The notes under the pieces are model-generated. The model ran no database searches. It was not told the DNA's origin and worked only from the letters and a program-made list of their open reading frames with translations. Positions 18,627-28,619 of a DNA stretch of 37,691 nucleotides are shown piece after piece (within the stretch, counting starts at the first letter, position 1; each line of letters opens with the position of its first letter). The translations under genes and the position numbers were made by a program. The DNA lies in the sequence record SRR20825019_968; one strand, written 5' to 3'.

Positions 18627-19193
18627 TTAGTAATCCATTTTGGTTAATGTCCCATCTAGTTGGTAATAAAAATTAAATGAAGTCCCTCCATTTTCTGGAG
18701 TTAGCTGAACATGATATTCTGCATTAGAAACATCTCCATTTTTTGGGAATTTTATATTGGCGATACTTAAGGCTGGATTTTTAATTTTCTTTTCTGCCTT
18801 CAGTTTTGCGATGGATTGTTCGACTAATTCGCCGAGTTTTGCGACACTAAATTGATCGTCTAGTTGAAACATAAAGTCTGACGCTTTGCTTCCTTCAGGG
18901 ATTTCTAGTGTTATATCGGAGTTTTGTTTCCAGTTGTTTTGGGATAAATTCCATTCGCCCATTTGCAAAGATTCGGGATTGTCTGTTACCGTCGTAGCAA
19001 TCCAAATTCCAATGTGCTCATCGTAGCCTACGTTTAAATCTGTATAATACGCTTTATCGCCAAATTTGTCTTTGAGTTCTTTTTCCAAAGCTCCAAAACC
19101 TTCACTGTTTAATGGTTGTGTACTTGTGTTATCACCGCACGAAACCAAAATTGCAGTAATCATTGTTAGGAGCGCGTATTTAATTGTTTTCAT
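18627..19193 (-). CDS. Hypothetical lipoprotein
   Basis: Start set at ATG 19193 (MKTIKYALLTMITAILVSC, lipobox LVSC); co-directional with the LytTR module; no recognised domain. Confidence 0.75.
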   Translation of the reverse strand: MKTIKYALLTMITAILVSCGDNTSTQPLNSEGFGALEKELKDKFGDKAYYTDLNVGYDEHIGIWIATTVTDNPESLQMGEWNLSQNNWKQNSDITLEIPEGSKASDFMFQLDDQFSVAKLGELVEQSIAKLKAEKKIKNPALSIANIKFPKNGDVSNAEYHVQLTPENGGTSFNFYYQLDGTLTKMDY

Positions 19194-19227
19194 AAGTTGT
19201 GTTTTGATAATGGTAGAGCTCGAGCGA

Positions 19228-19443
19228 CTATTCTTCTTCGTCATTTCCTTTGAATAAAAAGAACAAGACTCCACCAACGAGGATTAAAGCCCCCCTGATA
19301 ATCCAACCCATCGTGTTGCCCCAAAGATCTACCCATGCGAGTAAGCGAACGTTGTAATTAAAAATAGAGAGTGCAATAGAGATGATTCCAAGTGCTGCGA
19401 TTAGAAGTCCTACTTGACCTACTTTTGATTTTAAATTTTCCAT
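19228..19443 (-). CDS. Small two-TM membrane protein
   Basis: 71 aa with two hydrophobic helices around LLAWVDLWG; ATG start; 34 nt from the next gene. Confidence 0.72.
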   Translation of the reverse strand: MENLKSKVGQVGLLIAALGIISIALSIFNYNVRLLAWVDLWGNTMGWIIRGALILVGGVLFFLFKGNDEEE

Positions 19444-19594
19444 GTGACTTTATAGTTGATTTGATGTGAAAGTAAAGTCAACAGGAATAATAAAAAATAG
19501 TCATTCTATTTCCGAGCGGGTAAAATCAATATGCGTAATAGTTGATCTATTAATCGTGAATGAAAAAAAACGGAATTGGATACTAATGGCTTAT

Positions 19595-20332
19595 TCAGTT
19601 AGTGTTGCGATTTAAGAAGGTCGCTAAAAAAGCTTCCTTTTTGCGAAAGGATACAGGAATCTTACTCCCATTCTTCAGATAAATAAGCCCCGATTTGTCA
19701 TATTTATCAATGAATTTCAGATTGACCATAAAGGATTGATGCGGACGGGAAAAATTTGATTTTGTAAGTCGATCTTCAAACTCTTTTAACGTTTTAGAAA
19801 CGAGGTGTCTTTTACCGTCGCTGGTAAAGAAGGTCGTATATCCCTTATCCGATTCGCAGTACATTAACTCGTTGAGATCAATGACTTGAAAGCTATCTTG
19901 AAGTGATAAAATCAAGGAATTGTCTCCCTCGTTCCAAACCTCTTTGACGGTTTTTATTTGCTTCTGTTGATCGGCAATAGAGAGTTTCTCTACTTTGTTT
20001 AACGCCGATTGCAGTTCTTCCAATTCAACAGGCTTCAATAGATAGTCTACAGCGCCAAGTTTTAGTGCTTTTAACGCAAATTCTTCGTAAGCAGTAATAA
20101 AAATAATTTTAAATGTTAGGTTCTCTGTTTGATCTAAAAAATCGAAAGCAGTACCATCCAAAAGGTTAATATCCAGAAAGATTAGCTCTGGTTTGCACGC
20201 ATTAGCAACTACTAAAGCATCTTTTACAGATTCACATTCACCAATGACTTTTACAGGCGTATCTGTCAATTCCAATAAATTAACCAACGCTTTGCGGATA
20301 TATTCTTTGTCTTCAACTATTATTGCATTCAT
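19595..20332 (-). CDS. LytTR-family response regulator
   Basis: Receiver IIVED..FLDI..ITAY..DYLLKP; LytTR YCESDKGYT..SKTLKEFE..FSRPHQSFMVN. Confidence 0.94.
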   Translation of the reverse strand: MNAIIVEDKEYIRKALVNLLELTDTPVKVIGECESVKDALVVANACKPELIFLDINLLDGTAFDFLDQTENLTFKIIFITAYEEFALKALKLGAVDYLLKPVELEELQSALNKVEKLSIADQQKQIKTVKEVWNEGDNSLILSLQDSFQVIDLNELMYCESDKGYTTFFTSDGKRHLVSKTLKEFEDRLTKSNFSRPHQSFMVNLKFIDKYDKSGLIYLKNGSKIPVSFRKKEAFLATFLNRNTN

Positions 20333-20334
20333 GG

Positions 20335-22530
20335 TTATGATCTAATTTTATAGGGAATTACAATCGTTACAATCGTCCCGTTTTCTTTAAATTTCTTTCG
20401 GTCCTCAATAGTGACTGTACCTGTTACTTTTAAATCTTTGGAAAGTATTTTTAAGCGCTCGTTCGTTATGGCCGTGGATAATGAGGTTTTTTGTTGCTCT
20501 CTTTTTTTCACGCTAGAATCGATACCAATGCCATTATCTGTTATGGTGCAAATTAGATTATTTTTCATATAAGTGATGTGAACATTAATCTTTTTAGTGT
20601 CGGTCACATTCACAAATGCATGCTCAATCGCATTTTCCACAAAAGGCTGAATCAGCATTGGTGGGATGATAAATTGTGTAACGTCAACAGTTTCATCTAC
20701 CGATACCGAATATCTATATGATTCATTTTCTAAATTTTGAAGCGCTAGATAGTTTTCCACAGCGGCTAATTCATGTTCTAAAGAGACCGTTTTATCCCTT
20801 GAGTTTTCAAGAATAATGCGGAGTAATCTTGAAAATTTTGATAAATAATTAACCGATTTTTTTTCTTCCTTATTTAAGATCATCCCTTGAAGAACGGAGA
20901 GCGAGTTAAAGATGAAGTGCGGTGTCATTTGTGAACGTAATAATCTTTGTTCGATGATAATATTCTGGTTTTTTGATTTGATATTTCTGAATCTTAAATA
21001 AAAAATAATCCCACCCAATAGCATCGTTACCAACAGAGATATGATAATTGTCCACAAATAATTTTGTTTAGATTTTTCCAAATCTTTATTCGTAGTCTTT
21101 ACTTTTTTGGTCAATTTTAATTCCCTGTAATTCGCAGAGGCCAATTCATTTTGATATTTATATTCGTATTCTAGTTGTGTGATTTTCTCTATATTTTCTT
21201 TATTAAATAGGCTGTCATTGAACAGTTTGAATTGTTCGTAGCTCAATAACGCGTTTTTATAATCTCCGGTGCTTTCGTATATTTCCGAGAGTAGTTCGTT
21301 GACATCTTTTTGCTGTTCTAAAAGGTTTAGTTTTTTAGAAATTCCATGCGCTTTTAACGCAGTATTTAACGCTTCGGGGTATTTTTTTTGTTGGGTATAC
21401 ACTTTCGTAATTCCTACATAAGAAATACATAAATCAAATTGGTTATTAATATCAAGATTAATATTTCTTGCTCTGTCAAAATAATTATAGGCTTCCGAAT
21501 ACTTTTTCAGACTGAAGTATACGTCTCCCAGATTGTTTAGGCACTGCGTAGCGAGATCTTGATGATTTATTTCAGTACTTATTTTTAAAGCATCGTTTAA
21601 ATAAGGAATCGCCTTTTGATATTCTCGTTTATGAATGTAAACACTGGCAATGTTGTTTTTTGCTACGGCAATTTCAGCCTTGTTTTTTTTGTGCTCATAT
21701 ATTTTATATGAACGCTCATAAAACGCTAAAGCTCGGTCGAATTGTTCTTGATGCTTGTAAATAAGACCAATGTTATTTAATGATTTCGCGATACCGAGTG
21801 AGTCATTGGTTTTTTCTGCAAGGCTTAATGACTTACTGTGGAATTCCAACGATAAAGGATAGTTTCCCTGGTTTTGATAAAGAATGGCTATTGTATTTAA
21901 GCAGTTCGCCATTCCAAGTTTGTTATCGCTCTTTTTATACATTCTAAGAGCTTTCTTAAAATTTAGCAATGCTCTCGGATAGTTATCTGTCTTGAAATAA
22001 TTAATACCAATGTTGTAAACTTGGTGAGGTATATTTTCTTCTAATCCTATTTCTTCATCAATTTTTACCGATTTTTCATAGTATAGGGTCGACTTTTCAT
22101 AGTTACCTTGGTTAGAATAAACGATTCCTATGCCATTATAGCAATTCGAAATACCTCTCTTAAAATCAAGCGCAGTATACAACTGTGCCGATTTTTCAAA
22201 ATATTGAATGGCTTCATTGTAAATTGATAAGGACATTTTTGCAATTCCTTTTACGTAGATCGCTCTTGCCTTTCCTTTTTTAAAATCTACAGCATCCGCT
22301 AGCTTCATTGACTCTTCTATATATTGGAGAGTTTTAGCAGGATCTTCCCGATAATAGGAAAAAGCTAGGTCGTTTAAAATATTTACGCGTGTTGTGTCAT
22401 TCTTAGGGTGGATTTTTAACTGATATTTCAAACTATCAATGGTCTCGTTCTGCGAAAAAGCAACAGGAATAAAAAACAAGAAATTCAGCAAGAGAATAGA
22501 ATAAAAACAGATCGTCTTTTTTGAACACAT
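20335..22530 (-). CDS. TPR-repeat LytS-type sensor histidine kinase
   Basis: Signal peptide, about 9-10 TPRs (NGIGIVY, NNIGLIY, NNLGDVY), one TM, RSQMTPHFIFNSL, IPPMLIQPFVENAIEH, DNGIG. Confidence 0.93.
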   Translation of the reverse strand: MCSKKTICFYSILLLNFLFFIPVAFSQNETIDSLKYQLKIHPKNDTTRVNILNDLAFSYYREDPAKTLQYIEESMKLADAVDFKKGKARAIYVKGIAKMSLSIYNEAIQYFEKSAQLYTALDFKRGISNCYNGIGIVYSNQGNYEKSTLYYEKSVKIDEEIGLEENIPHQVYNIGINYFKTDNYPRALLNFKKALRMYKKSDNKLGMANCLNTIAILYQNQGNYPLSLEFHSKSLSLAEKTNDSLGIAKSLNNIGLIYKHQEQFDRALAFYERSYKIYEHKKNKAEIAVAKNNIASVYIHKREYQKAIPYLNDALKISTEINHQDLATQCLNNLGDVYFSLKKYSEAYNYFDRARNINLDINNQFDLCISYVGITKVYTQQKKYPEALNTALKAHGISKKLNLLEQQKDVNELLSEIYESTGDYKNALLSYEQFKLFNDSLFNKENIEKITQLEYEYKYQNELASANYRELKLTKKVKTTNKDLEKSKQNYLWTIIISLLVTMLLGGIIFYLRFRNIKSKNQNIIIEQRLLRSQMTPHFIFNSLSVLQGMILNKEEKKSVNYLSKFSRLLRIILENSRDKTVSLEHELAAVENYLALQNLENESYRYSVSVDETVDVTQFIIPPMLIQPFVENAIEHAFVNVTDTKKINVHITYMKNNLICTITDNGIGIDSSVKKREQQKTSLSTAITNERLKILSKDLKVTGTVTIEDRKKFKENGTIVTIVIPYKIRS

Positions 22531-22677
22531 TGTAATTTGAATTTCTTTTTTCTTGATTACGTCATCGTAAATCTACTATTTTAGAAATAAAGGTTACTCC
22601 CTATTCAAGAGGTCATAGAGTTTTGATATGTTTGATAGTGTCAATTTGAATTCCGAACAGACAAATTATTGTACCAA

Positions 22678-24141
22678 TCAAAGCACACTAATCGCATTAA
22701 ACACTACCTCCATTTTATCGACAAGCGCACTCGAAGAACACGTTGCATTATTTACAATCAATGCAAACGCATACTTTTTCCCCGTGGAAGAATTCACATA
22801 TCCGGCATAGCTTTTAATCCGCGTCATTGATCCACTTTTTGCGGCAATTCTGCCATCTCCAGCCTGACCTTTACAAATATTCCGCATCGTTCCTGATTTT
22901 CCTGCAACTGGTAACGAAGCATAAAATCGATCTCCATTTTTTCCTTTTTTGATCGCACTAAGTAGTCCTGTGAAATGAGCGGCTGAAATAGCATTTGAAC
23001 GAGAAAGACCGCTTCCGTCATTTACATGCATCGCCGTAGTTGTGAATTTTGACGTCCAATACTGCTCTAAAGCACGAAGTCCAGAAGTCGTACTACCATC
23101 GCCTGTTTTTTCATAACCAACGAGGTTCACTATGTGTTCTGCGAATAGATTTACACTCCGTTCATTCGTTTTGTCGACGATTTGTCCAATGGAAACACCA
23201 TAGTGAGAAAGGATTAATGTTCGCGCCGTATAATCCTTCGATGTACTAAAAACGTCCATTTCTCTCGCTGTTTTAAGGTCTCCAGCAACAGAAATACCTT
23301 TTTGAGAAAGAATTCGCTCAAATTCAAAGGCAAATTGTCGCTCCGGGTCAGGGAGGCTTCCTTTTACAATAAACGAGCTTTGACCAACAGGTAATGTTCC
23401 ATTAGCGAAGCGATCACGATCGAATGGACCGCCATAGATGTAGACATTGTCGCCACTTTTACTCGAGGATTTCACATAGTTATGGAAGATGAGCCAAGGA
23501 ATTTCGGGTGACATGGAAGCCAATTTAGCATCGCGCCCAACGGAAGAAGGTGTAGAGAAAGAATACTCAATCATATTATCGAAAATTGTCAAGCCACTCG
23601 GACCTGCACCATAGTAATTTCCCATATCAGACCAGCTCCAGCCGTCAGGAACACCTTCGTATCCAAACTCAGATGCATCTGCAATAATATTCCCCTCTAT
23701 GGTTTTTATCCCTGCTTTTGCAAGAGAATCTGCCCAATTTTCCAAAAAAGCCGTTCTATTTGATTTGTCGAAATAATAATGACTCCCAAGTGATGGGTCG
23801 CCACCGCCTCTAATCCATATATTTCCTTTCAAAACACCTGATGGATCAACAATTCCATCGTGGTACACACGCGTTAGAGGTCGATAGTTTTCTCCAAGGA
23901 TCTCCAATGCTGTAGCAGTAGAAAAGAGTTTTGCCGTTGAAGCAGTTGCTAAGGTTCTATTAGGATCGTACGATGCAACCACTTCCCCAGAGGAAAGGTC
24001 AACCACTTGAAAACTCACAGAGGCGTATTGAAGTGCATTGTCAGCAACAAAATTGTTAATGGCCTTTTGTGCGCCATTCTGTGAATAGACTGAATTCGCA
24101 GAAAGGATCAAAAGAAATAGAATAGAACTTAGTATCTTCAT
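22678..24141 (-). CDS. dacB: D-alanyl-D-alanine carboxypeptidase/endopeptidase PBP4 (peptidase S13)
   Basis: ASTAK (SxxK), GGGDPSL, SVNLFAE (SxN), DGSGLSR, KSGS (KTG-type). Confidence 0.94.
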   Translation of the reverse strand: MKILSSILFLLILSANSVYSQNGAQKAINNFVADNALQYASVSFQVVDLSSGEVVASYDPNRTLATASTAKLFSTATALEILGENYRPLTRVYHDGIVDPSGVLKGNIWIRGGGDPSLGSHYYFDKSNRTAFLENWADSLAKAGIKTIEGNIIADASEFGYEGVPDGWSWSDMGNYYGAGPSGLTIFDNMIEYSFSTPSSVGRDAKLASMSPEIPWLIFHNYVKSSSKSGDNVYIYGGPFDRDRFANGTLPVGQSSFIVKGSLPDPERQFAFEFERILSQKGISVAGDLKTAREMDVFSTSKDYTARTLILSHYGVSIGQIVDKTNERSVNLFAEHIVNLVGYEKTGDGSTTSGLRALEQYWTSKFTTTAMHVNDGSGLSRSNAISAAHFTGLLSAIKKGKNGDRFYASLPVAGKSGTMRNICKGQAGDGRIAAKSGSMTRIKSYAGYVNSSTGKKYAFALIVNNATCSSSALVDKMEVVFNAISVL

Positions 24142-24251
24142 GCCGGAGTTTTAATGTAAATGTCACTAACAAAACTCAATGAATGTGCCAAACCACTACA
24201 AACTTTTAAACAGCTGGTTCTCGAAAGGGGATCAAAAAAGGATTTTGAAGG

Positions 24252-25430
24252 GTGGAAAAAATTAAGGTATTAAGAATAATCAATCGATTTAATATCGGTG
24301 GTCCGACCTATAACGCTACATTTTTAAGTGCTTTCCTGAGTGAAGAATTTGAAACTTTGTTAGTCGGCGGACTTCCTGAGAAAGGCGAGTCGGATTCGCT
24401 TTATATTCTAGAAAAATATAACGTGAAACCTTTTCTGATCGAAGAACTTGTGCGAACTCCGAACTTTAAGAGCGATCGAAAAGCTTATAAACGGTTGAAA
24501 GAAATTATTAAGGAATTCAAACCTGATATCGTTCATACACACGCTTCAAAAGCAGGGGCATTAGGGCGAAAGGCGGCCTTCGCATGTAAGGTTCCAATTG
24601 TGTTACATACGTTTCATGGACATGTGTTTCATTCCTATTTTGGGAAGATGAAAACGGGTTTATTCAAAACCATTGAGCGCAGTTTGGCAAAACGATCTAC
24701 AGGAATTGTTGCCATTTCTGAACGTCAAAAGGAGGAATTGTCGAAAATTCATCGCATTTGTCCCGCAGAGAAAATTAAGGTCATTCCACTCGGGTTTGAC
24801 TTACGTCCTTTTCATGAGAAGCGACTTTCACATCGCGCATTAACGAGAGAGAAATATAGTTTGAATGATGACGAAATTGCAATCGGAATTATCGGCAGAC
24901 TTGCACCTATAAAAAACCATAATCTGTTTTTGGACGTAATTATAGAAGTGCTGAATGAAACAACAAAGAAAATTAAAGTGTTCATTGTGGGCGATGGATC
25001 AGAAAGAGAACAAATTGAACTCCGTGTGAATGAAATTAATGCGCAATTCGATAATCAAGTAACGATGACCTCATGGATTAAGGATATTGGTGAATTTAAT
25101 GCAGGAATGGATATTGTTTGCTTGACGTCCAACAATGAAGGGACGCCCGTGAGTATGATTGAAGCTCAGGCAGGTGGGATTCCAGTGATTTCCACAGATG
25201 TGGGTGGAGTGAGAGATGTAGTTAAGGACGGTGAAACAGGTTTTATTGTGGAACCAAATAATGTGAATGCGTACAGTGAAAAATTACTGGAATTGTGTGA
25301 AAATGAAAAAATCCGTGATAAAATGTCACAAAATGGCTGGAAGTTCGTAGAAGAAAGATTCCATTACACCACGTTAGTGACAAATATGGAAAAGTACTAC
25401 AAACAATTAATGAAGGAGAATATCAAATGA
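24252..25430 (+). CDS. Glycosyltransferase family 4
   Basis: GTG start; PDIVHTH.SKAG, HTFHGH, GRLAPIKN, NEGTPVSMIEA (ExxxxxxxE), TDVGG. Confidence 0.92.
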   Translation: MEKIKVLRIINRFNIGGPTYNATFLSAFLSEEFETLLVGGLPEKGESDSLYILEKYNVKPFLIEELVRTPNFKSDRKAYKRLKEIIKEFKPDIVHTHASKAGALGRKAAFACKVPIVLHTFHGHVFHSYFGKMKTGLFKTIERSLAKRSTGIVAISERQKEELSKIHRICPAEKIKVIPLGFDLRPFHEKRLSHRALTREKYSLNDDEIAIGIIGRLAPIKNHNLFLDVIIEVLNETTKKIKVFIVGDGSEREQIELRVNEINAQFDNQVTMTSWIKDIGEFNAGMDIVCLTSNNEGTPVSMIEAQAGGIPVISTDVGGVRDVVKDGETGFIVEPNNVNAYSEKLLELCENEKIRDKMSQNGWKFVEERFHYTTLVTNMEKYYKQLMKENIK

Positions 25431-26191
25431 GAAGCATTTTTTGTATTGGAATTCTAGCGCTTAGTGCCTTGTTTTTTGGCAGTTGCGGTGTGAATAGTAA
25501 TGTGATGTTCAAAGAGGCAAAGAATGCTCCAATTAATGATTCTATTCCTCTCAAACCGATTGATGATTATCGCATTTCAGCGGATGACAAAATTGCTTTC
25601 ACACTTACTACGAATGATGGAAAACGAATCGTAGAGGAACTTACGGGCATTTCAGAGGAATCTAGAAAACTACCGTTGGAAACCGAATATTTGGTGCGAA
25701 GCGACGGAAATACAAAGTTACCAATCATTGGAATGGTGAAATTAGACGGTCTTACGCTCAGTCAATGTGAGGATACATTAGCGAAACTATATTCTGTTCA
25801 ATATAAAGATCCATTTGTTCAGGTAAGAATAACGAATCAACGAGTGATTGTGTTTCCTGGAAATGGATCTGATGCACGTGTAATTCCACTGCTAAATACC
25901 AATACAACTTTAATGGAAGCACTTGCTCAAGCTGGAGGAATTACCGATCGTGGAAAAGCGAGCACCATAAAACTTATGCGTAAAGTGGACGGACAACGAG
26001 TCATTTACAGAATTGATTTGGCAACAATAGAAGGACTAAAGTTTGTCGATATGATTGTACAAGCCAATGATTACATCTATGTTGAACCAACGCCAGATCT
26101 ATCGAGAGAAATTTCTGAAGATGTTGTGCCAATAGTTTCACTATTATCCAGTGCAATTGTTATATTTTCGGCAATTAGTTTGATCAAATAA
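25427..26191 (+). CDS. wza: Polysaccharide export outer-membrane lipoprotein (Wza/OPX family)
   Basis: Lipobox FGSC; YRISADDKI, VRSDG..LPIIG.V..GLT, TLMEALAQAGG, DYIYVEP; ATGA overlap with GT4. Confidence 0.88.
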   Translation: MRSIFCIGILALSALFFGSCGVNSNVMFKEAKNAPINDSIPLKPIDDYRISADDKIAFTLTTNDGKRIVEELTGISEESRKLPLETEYLVRSDGNTKLPIIGMVKLDGLTLSQCEDTLAKLYSVQYKDPFVQVRITNQRVIVFPGNGSDARVIPLLNTNTTLMEALAQAGGITDRGKASTIKLMRKVDGQRVIYRIDLATIEGLKFVDMIVQANDYIYVEPTPDLSREISEDVVPIVSLLSSAIVIFSAISLIK

Positions 26192-26204
26192 AACCAGGGA
26201 TTTA

Positions 26205-28619
26205 GTGAATACGACGAAGAGCTTCATAATTAATAAAAAGTACGATGCACTAATTGTGAGAACCGTCGTGCAGCGCTATTGGTGGTGGCCAGTTTCGTTT
26301 ATCTTACTTTTTGCTTTTGTCGCTTTCATTTACTTGCGGTATACAAAGCCTTCCTACGAGTCTTCTCTTATTATGCAATTAGGCAACAGAGATAACGCTA
26401 AGGATGTATTGGATATTGAAAATATCAACTCTCGCGATAATGAGCTTTCTGGTGTGGTTGAATTACTTAAATCTGAACTCCTCTTCGATTATGCATTAAA
26501 AAGATTGAGTCTGAATGTGAGTATTTTCTCGCGCGGACAAATTCTAACAGAAGAACGTTATCAATCAGGAAGCTTTAATGTGCAACCATATAGCCTAAAA
26601 GATTCTACGCTTATCAATCAAGAAATTTCTGTTTCCATTGAAGGCGATCAACTCGTATTAGGTTACTTTAAAAAAGGGAAACGAAAATTCATAAAAGGAA
26701 ACTTTAATGATCATTTCGAAAATGAAGATTTCGACGTCGTTCTGAAAGTAGCGAACCCCGAAGAATTTAGGTTAGCCGAAAAAGAAAATGACCTCTATTT
26801 TGTCTTCAATGACTATTCAATTTTGGCGGAACGAATGATCCATGGCCTCGAAGTAAGAGGGCTTGATGCCGACGCGAAAACGATAAGCGTCTCATTTAGA
26901 GCGCACAATGCTCAATTAAGTCATGATGTCGCAGATGCAGTTGCGAAAGCATTTATTAAGTTCGATGAGGATCAAAAAAGGCAAAGCTCTGAAAACGTAA
27001 TCAACTTTATTGATGCTCAGTTGGATTCTCTGTCTCGTGAACTGAAATCGTCTAAAGACAGCTTAATGGTGTTTCAACGGAGGTCAAACCTCTCCGACCC
27101 GGAAACATTCGGAACATCCATCACTGATCAAATTGCACGATTGGAAGATGAGCTTTTCATGATCGAAGAAGAATTGAATTCGCTGTTGACAGTAGAGCGA
27201 AAACTAAGCTCAAACCCGAACAGATTGGATGTCTATCGAATTCTGCCAGAAATGCTAGGGAAGAGCTATGAAGATGCTTTAATTAGACATATTCAGGAGT
27301 TACATAGTCTCATGGAAAGGAAAGATGATTTGCTTTTTGAGGTAACAAATGACAACTCTGAAGTAAAACTCATCAACCAAAAAATACAATCTAAAACCTC
27401 CATGATTCAAAGGAGTGTTTCGGCGATTGATGCTCGATTGACGCGGAATGCGCAAACGATGAAAGAGAAAATAAGAGGACTAGAAGGGCAAGTATTCGAA
27501 TTTCCAGAGAAGAGATTAGAATTCAGCAGATTGAAGAATATTCAAGATTTGAATGAAAAATACTTCACCTTACTTACGGAGAAAAAAGTACTCTACGAAA
27601 TTTCAGATGCGGGTTACTCGTCTTCAAATAGAATTCTGAAACAAGCGAAAGTGGATTATGTTCCAGTTGCTCCAAATCAACGATTGATTTATGTTTCGTT
27701 CACGATGTTTGGACTCATTCTTGGTTTTGGCGTGCTTTTATTGAAGTATGTTCGCTTTAATGAAATCAATATGATGGAGGACTTGCAAAGCATTCTTCCT
27801 GAACAGGCTTCGATTCTTGGTGGAGTTCCAATGTTTAAATACTCAATGGAATATTCGCAACTTATCGTGAATGAAGCTCCAAAGTCTATCATGGCGGAAG
27901 CAATGAGGAAAATTCGTACGAACTTAAGCTATATCAAACCAGATTACCAAACAATTGCGATTTCTTCATCAATTTCTGGAGAAGGGAAAACGTTTGTAGC
28001 GCTTAATCTCGGAGGAATCATCGCTATGTCGGGTAAAACAACGGTGTTGCTCGATCTTGATCTTCGTAAACCAAAAGTACACTTAGGATTGGATTCTGAG
28101 AACGGACTTGGGATGAGTTCACTCATCGTTGGGCAGGCGAGTGTTGACGAATGTATCAAGCATTCAAAAATCAAAGGACTCGATTTCATTACTGCAGGTC
28201 CAATTCCTCCAAATCCATCTGAATTATTACTAAGTGATCGATTTAAGGAAATAGTAGCAGAATTGAAAGAACGCTACGATGTAGTGATTATCGATAATCC
28301 ACCTATTGGGCTTGTATCGGACGGAATTCGAAATTTAACCGATGCGGATATTCCAATTTATGTGTTTAAATCACATTATTCAAAACGAAATTTCGCGCAG
28401 CGCGTGCGTGAACTCTTTGAAATGCAACAGTTGAAATCGCTGAATGTTATTCTAAACGGAATTAGCACCTCACGGAGATCAGGTTATGGCTACGGTTATG
28501 GCTATGGTTACGGCTATGGTTACGGTTCTGGAGAAGGATATGTGGATGATGAGCTAGTGAAATTCAAAGAGGTGGCGAAGAGTAAAAAATGGTATAATAG
28601 AATTTTTAGAAAGAAATGA
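26205..28619 (+). CDS. wzc: Polysaccharide co-polymerase / BY tyrosine autokinase (Wzc)
   Basis: Two TMs flanking a coiled-coil periplasmic region; EAMRKIRTNL, SGEGKT (Walker A), DLDLRKP (A'), IIDNPP (Walker B); C-terminal Tyr cluster. Confidence 0.93.
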   Translation: MNTTKSFIINKKYDALIVRTVVQRYWWWPVSFILLFAFVAFIYLRYTKPSYESSLIMQLGNRDNAKDVLDIENINSRDNELSGVVELLKSELLFDYALKRLSLNVSIFSRGQILTEERYQSGSFNVQPYSLKDSTLINQEISVSIEGDQLVLGYFKKGKRKFIKGNFNDHFENEDFDVVLKVANPEEFRLAEKENDLYFVFNDYSILAERMIHGLEVRGLDADAKTISVSFRAHNAQLSHDVADAVAKAFIKFDEDQKRQSSENVINFIDAQLDSLSRELKSSKDSLMVFQRRSNLSDPETFGTSITDQIARLEDELFMIEEELNSLLTVERKLSSNPNRLDVYRILPEMLGKSYEDALIRHIQELHSLMERKDDLLFEVTNDNSEVKLINQKIQSKTSMIQRSVSAIDARLTRNAQTMKEKIRGLEGQVFEFPEKRLEFSRLKNIQDLNEKYFTLLTEKKVLYEISDAGYSSSNRILKQAKVDYVPVAPNQRLIYVSFTMFGLILGFGVLLLKYVRFNEINMMEDLQSILPEQASILGGVPMFKYSMEYSQLIVNEAPKSIMAEAMRKIRTNLSYIKPDYQTIAISSSISGEGKTFVALNLGGIIAMSGKTTVLLDLDLRKPKVHLGLDSENGLGMSSLIVGQASVDECIKHSKIKGLDFITAGPIPPNPSELLLSDRFKEIVAELKERYDVVIIDNPPIGLVSDGIRNLTDADIPIYVFKSHYSKRNFAQRVRELFEMQQLKSLNVILNGISTSRRSGYGYGYGYGYGYGYGSGEGYVDDELVKFKEVAKSKKWYNRIFRKK
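28482..28523 (+). repeat. Coding (GGYTAY)x7 hexamer repeat encoding (GY)7, the Wzc tyrosine cluster
   Basis: ggttat ggctac ggttat ggctat ggttac ggctat ggttac. Confidence 0.9.

Noticed and set aside
19194..19277. Extended N-terminus of the 216-aa ORF
   Set aside because: It overlaps the 71-aa gene; the lipoprotein signal peptide begins at ATG 19193
20335..22530. TPR array as a defence or CHAT/caspase-type system
   Set aside because: The C-terminus is a clear LytS-type kinase paired with a LytTR regulator; no protease, nuclease or NTPase domain
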